A DNA stretch of 17,405 nucleotides from Candidatus Enterocloster excrementipullorum (GTDB lineage Bacteria > Bacillota > Clostridia > Lachnospirales > Lachnospiraceae). The stretch covers positions 1 through 17,405 of the forward strand of contig DWWT01000046.1 in the NCBI GenBank assembly GCA_019119575.1, in the 5' to 3' direction. Below the pieces are notes generated by a model. That model had not been told where the DNA came from. It saw only the letters and a program-made list of their open reading frames with translations, and made no database searches. The position numbers and the translations under genes are program-made. Positions 6,870 through 15,284 of this stretch are shown one piece after another (position 1 is the stretch's first letter; every line of letters begins with the position of its first letter).

Positions 6870-9268
6870 TGGAACATTCGGTGATGAAAGGAAGAATGTC
6901 CGGGCCGGGAGCAGGCCGGCAGTGCGTCCGGGTAAAGGTTTCCGGTATTGTCCAGGGCGTCGGGATGCGCCCGTTTCTGCACCGGCTGGCCCGAAGTTTG
7001 CAGGTCACGGGCTGGGCCAGAAACACCTTGGAAGGGGTGGAAATGGTGCTGGAAGGGGATACGGAGAGTTTGTCCTCTTTTGTCCGGGAAGTGCGGGAAA
7101 ATCCGCCGCCTCTGGCTGTGGTGGAAGCGGTGGAGCTGATGGCGGATTCACCGGAACGCCGGACCGGGCCGGAAGAGCGGATCCAAAATTTTGAGACATT
7201 TGAGATTGTGGACAGCAGCAGTGAATTGCCAGGAAATACGCTGATTGCTCCCGATATGGCTCCCTGCCCGGACTGCGTAAAAGAGCTCTTCAGCCCGTCA
7301 GACCGCCGGTTCCGGTATCCGTTTATCAACTGTACCAATTGCGGCCCCCGCTTTACCATTATAAAGGCTCTTCCCTATGACAGGGCCCGCACCTCGATGG
7401 AGAATTTCCCCATGTGTCCGGCCTGCCGGGAGGAATATGGGGACATTGAGAACCGGCGCTATCACGCACAGCCGGACTGCTGCCCGGTGTGCGGGCCTGC
7501 CGTATACTTTCTGGACAGTGCCGGGGAGCGGGCACCGGGAGATCCCTTCCGCCTGGCTCAGGAGATGCTCCTTGCGGGCGGTATCCTGGCCGTGAAGGGA
7601 ATCGGCGGGATTCATCTGGCCTGCGATGCGGGAAATGCGGGCGCAGTGGAGCGGCTGCGGCGGATAAAGCACAGGGAGGCAAAACCGCTGGCTGTCATGT
7701 GCGCTTCCTTCAGGGAGGCGGAGCGGTTCTGCCGGATCAGCGGGGCGGAGAGACGGATTTTGGAGAGCCCGAGACGTCCCATTGTCCTGTGCGAAAAGAA
7801 GCAGCCGGACTCCTTGCGTGAGCTTAGCGGGAACAGCCGCCTGGGCGTGATGCTTCCCTACACTCCCCTTCATGTGCTGCTGTTAGACGGGGCATTCGGC
7901 GGGCCGAAAACGCTGGTGATGACCAGCGCCAATGCGCCGGACTGTCCGGTGCTTACGGAAAATGAGGAAGCCCTTTCCCTGCTGAAGGGGCAGATTGACG
8001 GCTTTCTGCTCCACAACCGGCCCATCGAAAACCGGTGCGATGATTCCCTGGTGATGGAGTGGCAGGGGAGGGAATATTTTTTCCGCCGCAGCCGGGGTTA
8101 TGCGCCGCAGCCTGTGCCGCTGGAACAGGAGGGTACGGGGATTCTGGCGCTGGGAGCGCAGCAGAAAGCGTCTTTTGCTCTGGGGCAGGGGAAGAAAGCG
8201 TTTTTAAGCCAGCACATCGGGGATTTGGACAGTCTGGAAGCCCAGGACTTCTTTCGGGAAAATATTTCGCGGTTTGCCGGCCTGTTTCACATTCGGCCAG
8301 GCTTTCTTGCCTGCGATCTGCATCCGGGATATGAATCCACAAAAATAGGGGAGGAGATGGCCGGGCAGAAGGGGATCCCCCTCCTAAAGATACAGCACCA
8401 TTGGGCCCACATGGCTGCCTGCATGGCAGATAACCGTCTGGAGGGAGATGCCTTCGGCATTATCTGGGACGGCACAGGGATGGGCACAGACGGGACAATC
8501 TGGGGGGCAGAATGTTTGTCCGGAAATTATGCGGGATTTGAGCGGCGGGGAAGCATCCGCCCCATTCTTCTTCCAGGCGGGGAGGAGGCGATCCGGCGGA
8601 TTGGCCGGATTGGTTTTTCGCTTTTGTGGGATCTGGGACGGGGTACGCCGTTTTTGGAGGAAAATGCAGAGGCAGCGCCTCTGGAGGGAGGCATACAGGA
8701 ACGGCGGGCGCTGACAGCTATGCTGGAAAAACGTATTTCCTGCGTGGAAGCCAGCAGCATGGGCCGGCTCTTTGACGGGGTGGACGCTTTGCTTGAAGGG
8801 CGCGCCCGGGCCCGGTATGAGGGAGAGGGAGCGGTGCTTCTGGAGGCCCTCGGAGAGGCCGGAAGGGAGGCAGCCTGCCCGTATCCCCTGGCCTTTTATG
8901 AGGAGGCCGGGGTACGCTGCTTTGATACGCGGCCTATGATAAAACAGATTGTTTTAGATAAACAGGCCCGTGTGCCGTCCGCAGATATTGCCCGGCGGTT
9001 TATGGAGACTCTGGCGGCCATGGCGCTGGAACAGTGCCTGCATCTGAACACCGGGAAACATCCGGTGGTCCTGTCGGGAGGCGTCTTCCAGAATCATTTT
9101 CTCCTGGAGCGTGTACGGACGCTTCTGGAGGAGGCGGGATTTGCTGTTTTCTGCCACCGCAGGGTGGCGCCAAATGACCAGGGAATCAGCCTGGGGCAGT
9201 TGGCGATTGCGCAAAGGAGTGAAGAATATCGTGTGTTTGGCAGTGCCGTTAAAGATAACAAAAATTGA
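6869..9268 (+). CDS. hypF: Carbamoyltransferase HypF
   Basis: It has an acylphosphatase-like N-terminus (VRVKVSGIVQGVGMRPF) and two zinc-finger pairs (CPDC...CTNCGPRF, CPAC...CPVCGP). These are followed by YrdC-like (GIGGIHLACDA) and Kae1-like domains. The ATG overlaps the hypB TGA by 1 nt, and a GTG at 6866 is an alternative start. Confidence 0.95.
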   Translation: MEHSVMKGRMSGPGAGRQCVRVKVSGIVQGVGMRPFLHRLARSLQVTGWARNTLEGVEMVLEGDTESLSSFVREVRENPPPLAVVEAVELMADSPERRTGPEERIQNFETFEIVDSSSELPGNTLIAPDMAPCPDCVKELFSPSDRRFRYPFINCTNCGPRFTIIKALPYDRARTSMENFPMCPACREEYGDIENRRYHAQPDCCPVCGPAVYFLDSAGERAPGDPFRLAQEMLLAGGILAVKGIGGIHLACDAGNAGAVERLRRIKHREAKPLAVMCASFREAERFCRISGAERRILESPRRPIVLCEKKQPDSLRELSGNSRLGVMLPYTPLHVLLLDGAFGGPKTLVMTSANAPDCPVLTENEEALSLLKGQIDGFLLHNRPIENRCDDSLVMEWQGREYFFRRSRGYAPQPVPLEQEGTGILALGAQQKASFALGQGKKAFLSQHIGDLDSLEAQDFFRENISRFAGLFHIRPGFLACDLHPGYESTKIGEEMAGQKGIPLLKIQHHWAHMAACMADNRLEGDAFGIIWDGTGMGTDGTIWGAECLSGNYAGFERRGSIRPILLPGGEEAIRRIGRIGFSLLWDLGRGTPFLEENAEAAPLEGGIQERRALTAMLEKRISCVEASSMGRLFDGVDALLEGRARARYEGEGAVLLEALGEAGREAACPYPLAFYEEAGVRCFDTRPMIKQIVLDKQARVPSADIARRFMETLAAMALEQCLHLNTGKHPVVLSGGVFQNHFLLERVRTLLEEAGFAVFCHRRVAPNDQGISLGQLAIAQRSEEYRVFGSAVKDNKN

Positions 9269-9452
9269 AGGAAAATCCGCAGTGGGAGAGGCGGGAGGTC
9301 TGTCTCAGAATGTGCGGGTGGATTTTATACCGGATCTGTCGGTGGGAGACTACGTGATGGTTCACGCCGGCTTTGCCATAGAAAAAATGTCGGAGAAGGA
9401 GGCTCTGGAGGGCTTGGAGTTCCTTGCAGAGGTGCTGGATGAGCAGGCGTAA
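9231..9452 (+). CDS. hypC: Hydrogenase assembly chaperone HypC
   Basis: A GTG start gives (M)CLAVPLKITKIEG..., the invariant N-terminal Cys of the HypC/HupF family. It is 73 aa, has AAAGGAG upstream, and overlaps the hypF 3' end by 38 nt. Confidence 0.88.
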   Translation: MCLAVPLKITKIEGKSAVGEAGGLSQNVRVDFIPDLSVGDYVMVHAGFAIEKMSEKEALEGLEFLAEVLDEQA

Positions 9453-10599
9453 AGGGGCGGCCGCGGCAGAGGAAGAGGAAATGCGGAAGCGCGGGGCAGG
9501 GCGCCTGTCCGCAGAACATGTGCCCGTAGAGCCTGGGGCGCTTCTGGAGGAGATCCGGCGTATGGCCCGATCCCTGGGACAGGTGCAGCTGATGGAAATC
9601 TGCGGCACGCACACTATGGCCATCGCAAGGGCCGGCCTTAAATCGCTGCTTCCTGAGAACATCCGTCTGATTTCCGGGCCCGGCTGCCCGGTCTGCGTGA
9701 CGCCGGCGGGGGCAGTGGACGAGCTGCTGCGCATCAGCAGTATTCCGGGCGTCATCATGGCCAGCTATGGGGATCTGCTCCGGGTGCCCGGCTCGCGCCG
9801 CGGGGACAGCCTGCTGCGCCGGATGGCCCAGGGAGCGGATGTGCGGATGGTGTATTCTCCCATAGATGCCCTGGAAATGGCCGGCAAACATCCGGACCGG
9901 CAGGTAGTGTTTGCCGGCGTTGGCTTTGAAACCACAGCACCTGGGACTGCAGCCTGTCTGATGGAGGCCAGAGAGCGCCGGATGAGTAATTTTTCCGTGC
10001 TGAGCCTGTTGAAGACAACGGAGCCGGCCGTCCGAGCCCTTGTGGACGCGCCGCAGATGCGGGAGTGCAGGATTGACGGCTTTTTGTGTCCGGGACATGT
10101 GGCGGTGATTACCGGGGCGGACAGCTTTGCGTTTCTGCCGGAGGAGTACGGGCTGCCCGCTGTGGTGAGCGGGTTTGAGCCCGAGGATCTGGTGGTCTCT
10201 GTGTATCTTTTAGTAAAAATGCTGGCGGAGGGCCGGCCGGCGCTGGTAAATGAATACGCCCGTCTGGTTCGCGGGAGTGGAAACCCGGCGGCCAGGAAGG
10301 CGGTGGATGCGGTGTTTGCCCCCGGTGGGAGCCTTTGGCGGGGGCTGGGGGAGATATCGGAGAGCGGTCTCGCGATCCGGGAGGAATTTGCCGCCTGGGA
10401 TGCCGCCAGACAGTATGGATTCTGCCCGGATGCCGGGGCGGAGGCAGCGGGCTGCCGCTGCGGTGATGTGATCCGCGGACTGCTTGCCCCCCAGGAATGC
10501 CCCCTTTTTGGACTGGCCTGCCTGCCGGAGGATCCGGTGGGGCCCTGTATGGTGTCCGGGGAGGGGGCCTGCGCGGCGGCGTACCGGTATCGGGAGTGA
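9439..10599 (+). CDS. hypD: Hydrogenase Fe(CN)2CO-assembly scaffold HypD
   Basis: Motifs present: MEICGTHTM, GPGCPVCVTP, GFETTAP, CPGHV, and C-terminal GPCMVSGEGACAAAY. ATG 9439 has GAGGTG upstream and a 14-nt overlap with hypC. The start is uncertain; alternatives are TTG 9424 and ATG 9481. Confidence 0.88.
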   Translation: MSRRKGAAAAEEEEMRKRGAGRLSAEHVPVEPGALLEEIRRMARSLGQVQLMEICGTHTMAIARAGLKSLLPENIRLISGPGCPVCVTPAGAVDELLRISSIPGVIMASYGDLLRVPGSRRGDSLLRRMAQGADVRMVYSPIDALEMAGKHPDRQVVFAGVGFETTAPGTAACLMEARERRMSNFSVLSLLKTTEPAVRALVDAPQMRECRIDGFLCPGHVAVITGADSFAFLPEEYGLPAVVSGFEPEDLVVSVYLLVKMLAEGRPALVNEYARLVRGSGNPAARKAVDAVFAPGGSLWRGLGEISESGLAIREEFAAWDAARQYGFCPDAGAEAAGCRCGDVIRGLLAPQECPLFGLACLPEDPVGPCMVSGEGACAAAYRYRE

Positions 10600-10652
10600 C
10601 GGCCTGCACGGGATCGTGCGGCGGAGGGCCGGCAGACAGCAGGAGGTGTGGT

Positions 10653-11651
10653 ATGGATTCTGTGATTACAATGGATTATGGAAGCGGAGGGACAAAGACC
10701 TCCGAGCTGATTGATTCAATTCTTGTTCCGGCTTTTTCCAATCCGGCCCTGAATGCGCTGGGGGACGGGGCTGTGCTGCCGGGAGGGGAGCGCCTTGTAT
10801 TTTCCACGGACAGTTTCGTGGTATCTCCCTGGAAATTCCCGGGGGGAGATATCGGGAAGCTGGCGGTCTGCGGCACGGTGAATGATGTGTGTATGGCCGG
10901 CGGAGAGCCGAAATATTTGAGTCTTTCCCTGATTCTGGAGGAAGGCTTTGCTGTGGAGAATCTGCGGCAGATTGTATCTTCCGCGGCAGAGACAGCAGCG
11001 CGCTGCGGGGTGCAGATTGTCACAGGGGACACCAAGGTGGTGGAGAGGGGAAAAGGCGACCAGGTCTATGTCAACACCTCCGGCATTGGAGTTCTGCGGG
11101 CATCCGGGCTGGGGCGGGAGGCTGTCCGGCCCGGGGACGCCGTAGTTGTCAGCGGGCCGGTGGGATGTCACGGGGCTGCGGTCATGATGGCCCGAGGGGA
11201 GCTGCCCTGTGAAGGGGAGCTTCTGAGCGACTGTATGCCCCTGCATGCGCTCAGCCGGGCGCTCATAGAGGTCGGAGGGCTTCGCATCATGCGGGACCCC
11301 ACCCGGGGAGGCCTGGCGACCACGCTCAACGAATTTGTGGAGGGACTGCCGTTTACCATTGAGATTTCCGAGGCAGCAGTGCCCGTCACACCCGGCGTTC
11401 GGATGGCCTGTGAACTTCTGGGATTGGATCCCCTGTACTGTGCCTGCGAGGGGAGGATCGTGGCAGTGATTGCTCCGGAACGGGCGGAGGCTGCCCTGGC
11501 CGCTCTGCGGGCCCTGCCTGGCGGGGAGGGCGCGGCCCAGATCGGCCGGGTGACGGAGCAGAGGCCCGGAAAAGTGGTGCTTCGCACCGGGCTTGGCGGA
11601 AGCCGGCTTTTGGGGAAGCTTGCGGGCGGGCAGCTTCCGAGGATATGCTGA
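10653..11651 (+). CDS. hypE: Carbamoyl dehydratase HypE
   Basis: A PurM-like fold sequence ending in the invariant C-terminal PRIC. ATG 10653 is preceded by AGGAGG (10641-10646). The ORF-track extension back to 10497 is Gly/Arg-rich and overlaps hypD. Confidence 0.93.
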   Translation: MDSVITMDYGSGGTKTSELIDSILVPAFSNPALNALGDGAVLPGGERLVFSTDSFVVSPWKFPGGDIGKLAVCGTVNDVCMAGGEPKYLSLSLILEEGFAVENLRQIVSSAAETAARCGVQIVTGDTKVVERGKGDQVYVNTSGIGVLRASGLGREAVRPGDAVVVSGPVGCHGAAVMMARGELPCEGELLSDCMPLHALSRALIEVGGLRIMRDPTRGGLATTLNEFVEGLPFTIEISEAAVPVTPGVRMACELLGLDPLYCACEGRIVAVIAPERAEAALAALRALPGGEGAAQIGRVTEQRPGKVVLRTGLGGSRLLGKLAGGQLPRIC

Positions 11652-11701
11652 TAAGTGAGGCCGGGCTTTGACCGGATAAGATGAGTGCGGGAGGAATGCG
11701 G

Positions 11702-12115
11702 ATGGATTTGGAAGCATACAGAAAGAATTTTAATGAGCAGAGCGCATTTTTAAAGCTGCTCGGCGCGGAGGTGACGGTTTTAAAGGAGGGGTATGCGGAG
11801 GCAGAGCTGACGGTGAAGCCGCAGCTTGTGAATATATCCCGAACCGTGCATGGAGGCGTTATCTTTTCGCTGGCGGATTCCACGGTGGGCGCTGCCTCGA
11901 AGAGCTATGGATTCGGGAGCGTGACGCTGGAGGGAAAGATGAATTATCTGCGGCCCATAAGCGGGGAGTCCCAGCGGATCCGGGCAGTGGCCCAGAGCGT
12001 TCACGCCGGAAGAAAGACCGGGGTGTATGAGTGCCGGGTGTATGACGGAGAAGGGAATCTGGCGGCCATTGGGCAGTATACGATGTTTATGTTTGAGGAT
12101 CGGGTGGCAGAATAG
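11702..12115 (+). CDS. PaaI-family hotdog-fold acyl-CoA thioesterase
   Basis: It has the ...TVHGGVIFSLADSTVGAA... segment typical of PaaI/YbdB thioesterases and is about 137 aa. GGGAGGA lies 6 nt before ATG 11702, with alternative starts at 11681 and 11696. The stop is TAG. It starts 50 nt after hypE with no terminator in between. Confidence 0.78.
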   Translation: MDLEAYRKNFNEQSAFLKLLGAEVTVLKEGYAEAELTVKPQLVNISRTVHGGVIFSLADSTVGAASKSYGFGSVTLEGKMNYLRPISGESQRIRAVAQSVHAGRKTGVYECRVYDGEGNLAAIGQYTMFMFEDRVAE

Positions 12116-12127
12116 GGAAGAGAGAAG

Positions 12128-12160
12128 CGGGGCTGTGTGCGGGCCCCGTTTCTATTTATT
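12128..12160 (+). terminator. Rho-independent terminator after the thioesterase (end of the hyp transcription unit)
   Basis: CGGGGC (12128-12133) pairs with GCCCCG (12143-12148) around a 9-nt loop. It is followed by TTTCTATTTATTATT. Confidence 0.6.
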
Positions 12161-12199
12161 ATTCCGATGGTATTATGGACGGAGAAATACTCGCAAATT

Positions 12200-13261
12200 T
12201 TATACACCTCCAGCCATAAAAAGCGGCATAAATTCCGCCAAACTATAATACATCTCCCCTTTAAGTCCAGCTGCGGAATCCGCGCACACCATGGAGTTGA
12301 GGATGGCCTCCGAGGCGGCCTCGGCCGCCGCCTGGAAGGCCGGGTTGATCTCGCCTTCCGGGATAATGGTCTGGGAGATCAGACCCGAGTTCATGGGGAT
12401 GCGGTTCTGCGTGGTAAAGCCGATCATCACCTCGCCGCTGCCGTGGCCTGTGTAGGCGCCGGTGCGGGCGATTCCCACCGCGGTGCGGCGGATGATGCGC
12501 TTTAACTGCCGGCAGGATACGGGCAGGTCAGTGGCGAGGATGGTCATGATGGAGCCGCGGTCCGGCGCAGATCCCGGCATCCCCTCTTTGGAGGCGGCCA
12601 GTATTTTTTCTCCTGCCGGTATTCCATTTAAGGTAAAATCAATGAGGCTTCCAAAGTTGGACTGCACCAAAACCCCGATGGTGTAGGATTGCCCGCAGAT
12701 TTCAAAAACCCGGGAGGCAGAGCCGATGCCGCCTTTTAAGCCGTAGCACACGGTGCCGGTTCCGGCGCCCACATCCCCCTCGGCAAACTCTTCGCCCGCC
12801 TGCATCAGAGCCTCCTGCACATGGGCCGCGGTGACGGCTCTTTTTTGGATGTCATTGATCTGGCTGTCATTGCACTCGCCCACCACGGGATTGACGCTGT
12901 AGACCGGCACATGATCCGCCGTGCAGCGGTCGATGACGTATTGAACCAGGGCATCCCATACAAGTCCCGTATTTAATGTATTTGTCAGGGCGATGGGGGT
13001 CTCCAGGGTCCCAAGCTCGTCAATCTGCACCAGGCCGCAGCTTTTGCCGAAGCCGTTGTGCACATAGGAGGCCGCCGTGTATTTCAGAGAAAAGGCATTG
13101 TCCGGCCCCGGGAGAATGACGGTGACGCCGGTGCGGTTTTTTCCTTCCCGGATGGTGGAATGCCCTACCTGCACGCCGGCAACATCGGTGATCTTATTTC
13201 TTGGACCGGAGGGAAGCCGGCCGATTTTGATGCCGTAATCCTGTATTCGTTTCTGTTTCAT
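12200..13261 (-). CDS. P1/S58-family (DmpA-like) self-processing aminopeptidase
   Basis: N-terminal KITDVAGVQVGHSTI...RTGVTVILPG and the internal DRGSIMTILATDLPV block are characteristic of DmpA/BapA-type Ntn aminopeptidases. ATG 13261 is 1 nt after the dat stop; the ORF-track start at 13273 is a TTG. Confidence 0.78.
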   Translation of the reverse strand: MKQKRIQDYGIKIGRLPSGPRNKITDVAGVQVGHSTIREGKNRTGVTVILPGPDNAFSLKYTAASYVHNGFGKSCGLVQIDELGTLETPIALTNTLNTGLVWDALVQYVIDRCTADHVPVYSVNPVVGECNDSQINDIQKRAVTAAHVQEALMQAGEEFAEGDVGAGTGTVCYGLKGGIGSASRVFEICGQSYTIGVLVQSNFGSLIDFTLNGIPAGEKILAASKEGMPGSAPDRGSIMTILATDLPVSCRQLKRIIRRTAVGIARTGAYTGHGSGEVMIGFTTQNRIPMNSGLISQTIIPEGEINPAFQAAAEAASEAILNSMVCADSAAGLKGEMYYSLAEFMPLFMAGGV

Positions 13262-13262
13262 C

Positions 13263-14102
13263 TTATCTCTCAATGTCCTCCATATAACAAGCTCTCAGTT
13301 TTCCGACCAGCTCGGGATCTTTCATGCCTGCGGGCTGTCCGTCTACCTCCATCACCCGCATGCTGGGATGGCTGGTGCTGGACATGATAATCTCGTCCGC
13401 GGCCATCATCTCCGCCGGAGTAAACGCCCGCTCTTCGGTGGGAATTCCCAGGGCGCGGCAGTAGGCGAGCATGTGCTTGCGCTCGGTTCCGGGCAGAATC
13501 AGATTGTCCAGGGGATGGGTGATAAAGGCGCCGTCCTTGATAATGGATACGTTGCAGTGGGAGCCCTCGGTCACCAGGCCGTCACGGACGAACACGGCCT
13601 CATTGCATCCGGCCTCCTGGGCCTTCTGGGCGGCCATGACGTTGGGAATCAGGTTCAGGGTCTTGATGTTGCAGTGGAGAAAGCGGGTGTCCTCCACGGT
13701 GATAACCCGATAGGAGTCGGACATCTGTACGCCGGGCCATGGTTTGGAGTAGACGTAGAGATTGCTGGAAACATCTTTGGGGAAGAGATGGTTTCTGGGA
13801 GCGGTTGCCCGCGTGACCTGCCAGTAGAGAAACTGGCTGTCGCTTTCCACCTTGTCTACCAGCTCGGAGAGCAGAGCGCCAACCTCCTCTTTGGTGTAAG
13901 GCAGGTCGATCCGTATCATGGCGGCACTGTTAAACATGCGGTCCAAATGGTCCTGGAGAGCAAAAATTTTATGGTGATATACCATGGCGGCCTCATAGAT
14001 GCCGTCCCCGAAGTAAAAGCCGCGGTCGTTTGCCGGTATCATCATCTCATTAATGGGTGTGATGCTTCCGTTGTAATAGGCGAGATCTTTCATCTTTTCC
14101 AT
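13263..14102 (-). CDS. dat: D-amino-acid aminotransferase (fold-type IV PLP enzyme)
   Basis: It shows block-by-block similarity to Bacillus Dat as I recall it: DRGFYFGDGIYE, LPYTKEEVGALLSELV, YWQVTRATAPRNHLFP, and EDTRFLHCNIKTLNL (catalytic Lys context). AGGAGA lies 9 nt upstream of the ATG. Confidence 0.8.
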   Translation of the reverse strand: MEKMKDLAYYNGSITPINEMMIPANDRGFYFGDGIYEAAMVYHHKIFALQDHLDRMFNSAAMIRIDLPYTKEEVGALLSELVDKVESDSQFLYWQVTRATAPRNHLFPKDVSSNLYVYSKPWPGVQMSDSYRVITVEDTRFLHCNIKTLNLIPNVMAAQKAQEAGCNEAVFVRDGLVTEGSHCNVSIIKDGAFITHPLDNLILPGTERKHMLAYCRALGIPTEERAFTPAEMMAADEIIMSSTSHPSMRVMEVDGQPAGMKDPELVGKLRACYMEDIER

Positions 14103-14155
14103 AATGTGCTGTCTCCTTTTTTATTTTCCTGTATAGGTGGTTTCTGTTTCCCATC

Positions 14156-14184
14156 AGTATACAACCATAAACGGGAATATTCAA
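14156..14184 (-). promoter_or_regulatory. Candidate sigma-A promoter of dat/aminopeptidase operon
   Basis: On the minus strand, TTGAAT (14184-14179), a 17-nt spacer and TATACT (14161-14156). It sits about 55 nt upstream of the dat ATG. Confidence 0.5.
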
Positions 14185-14212
14185 TTGATTTTTCCGTCAG
14201 GTTTGGTATGAT
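14185..14212 (+). promoter_or_regulatory. Candidate sigma-A promoter of the membrane-protein gene
   Basis: TTGATT (14185-14190), a 16-nt spacer and TGgTATGAT (-10 at 14207-14212, extended -10). AGGAGG lies at 14221-14226. Confidence 0.45.
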
Positions 14213-14238
14213 AGTACAAAAGGAGGTTATTTTGTCTT

Positions 14239-15262
14239 ATGCCCAAGCTGCGGTCCGTCCATTTGCAGAATTTTCTGCGTTCTCTGCAGAATGCTACTCC
14301 CGTAATCGCATTTTTCCTCATTGGATTTGTGCTGGTTTATGGGATTTTCGGCATGCAGTACGTGTGTGTGGTTTCCGTGGTTACCGTGTTCTTTCAGACC
14401 AGGCATAAGCGGAATGACAATACGCCCTACCGATACGCCCGCCTGCTGATTGTAGGCTCCCTTCTCATTGTTTTTGCGTACATAAGCTCCAGTAGCCTTT
14501 TGCGCTGCGTCCTTTTAAATCTGTGCATCCCGTTTGCGCTGGTCTTCACCCAGAGCTCCCAGTTTAATCCCAAGGGATATTTTTCTTACGCTATGATTTT
14601 TGTATTTCTCCCTCATGTACTGCGCGACTCCGGGCACGTGGAATCAGCCGATTTTTTCCACCTGCTATGCTCTGACGATGGCGTCTCTGACGCTGGATGA
14701 AACGATAGCCATCACCCTGCGGATTGTGTATCTGGCCGCGGCGGTCGCCATTGTATTTGTGGTAAACCGCTTTTTCTTTCCCATGCGGAAGGAAACCCAG
14801 TTCCGGTATAATTTTAAGGCGCTGTTCCGGCTGAACAACAGCTATTGGGACATTATCCGGGATGGGCTTTCCAAGGAGACAAGGCTGTCGGTTTCCAATG
14901 AGATTCTGACGTATTTCCATATGATTTACCAGGAGTGCGCCGCCTACATACAGAAGAACAAATCCCTCCCTTTCCGGGAGGATAGGGAGGCGGTTCTTCT
15001 GAAGCTGTGGCATATGTTTTCAGAGCTGGAGCAGATGCATTTTCTGGTGCGGACAAAGAGCATTCTGCAGGAGGAGCGGAAGGCGCTTATCCATCTGATT
15101 GATGCAATCCAGGAGGAGCTGTACCCGATTATTTCCTATGAAAATTTTCCTGCAATCCGGGGAGAACTCCGTTATGAAGAACCCGAGGTGGTCTATGTAT
15201 TGGAACAGTATTTAAAGCATGCGGAGTCGCTGCTGGCATATAAGCATTGTATTCCGTTCTGA
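14239..15262 (+). pseudogene. FUSC-like / aromatic-acid-exporter-like integral membrane protein split by a +1 frame change near a T5 run
   Basis: ORF 14239-14700 (N-terminal TM helices) and ORF 14600-15262 (further TM helices plus a helical cytoplasmic domain) overlap in adjacent frames. The second frame is open only from 14597. Removing one T from T5 (14597-14601) gives a continuous protein of about 340 aa: ...GYFSYAMILYFSLMYCATPGTWNQ... The family assignment is tentative. Confidence 0.5.
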
Positions 15263-15284
15263 AGGAACAGGAGGCTGGAATTTT

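Noticed and set aside
10497-10652. N-terminal extension of the hypE ORF (MPPFWTGLPAGGSGG...)
   Set aside because: It overlaps the hypD C-terminus, is Gly-rich low-complexity sequence, and is superseded by ATG 10653, which has a perfect AGGAGG.
10716-11717. A 333-aa minus-strand ORF antisense to hypE, and similar ORFs at 9325-10098, 10109-10609, 7298-7873 and 6793-7359 antisense to hypD/hypF
   Set aside because: They are Pro/Arg/Gly-rich antisense frames typical of GC-rich coding DNA. The opposite strand carries unmistakable Hyp motifs (PRIC, GPGCPVC, zinc fingers).
13368-14408. A 346-aa plus-strand ORF spanning the dat gene and its promoter region
   Set aside because: It is antisense to a well-supported Dat homologue, runs through an obvious intergenic promoter region, and has no RBS or motif support.
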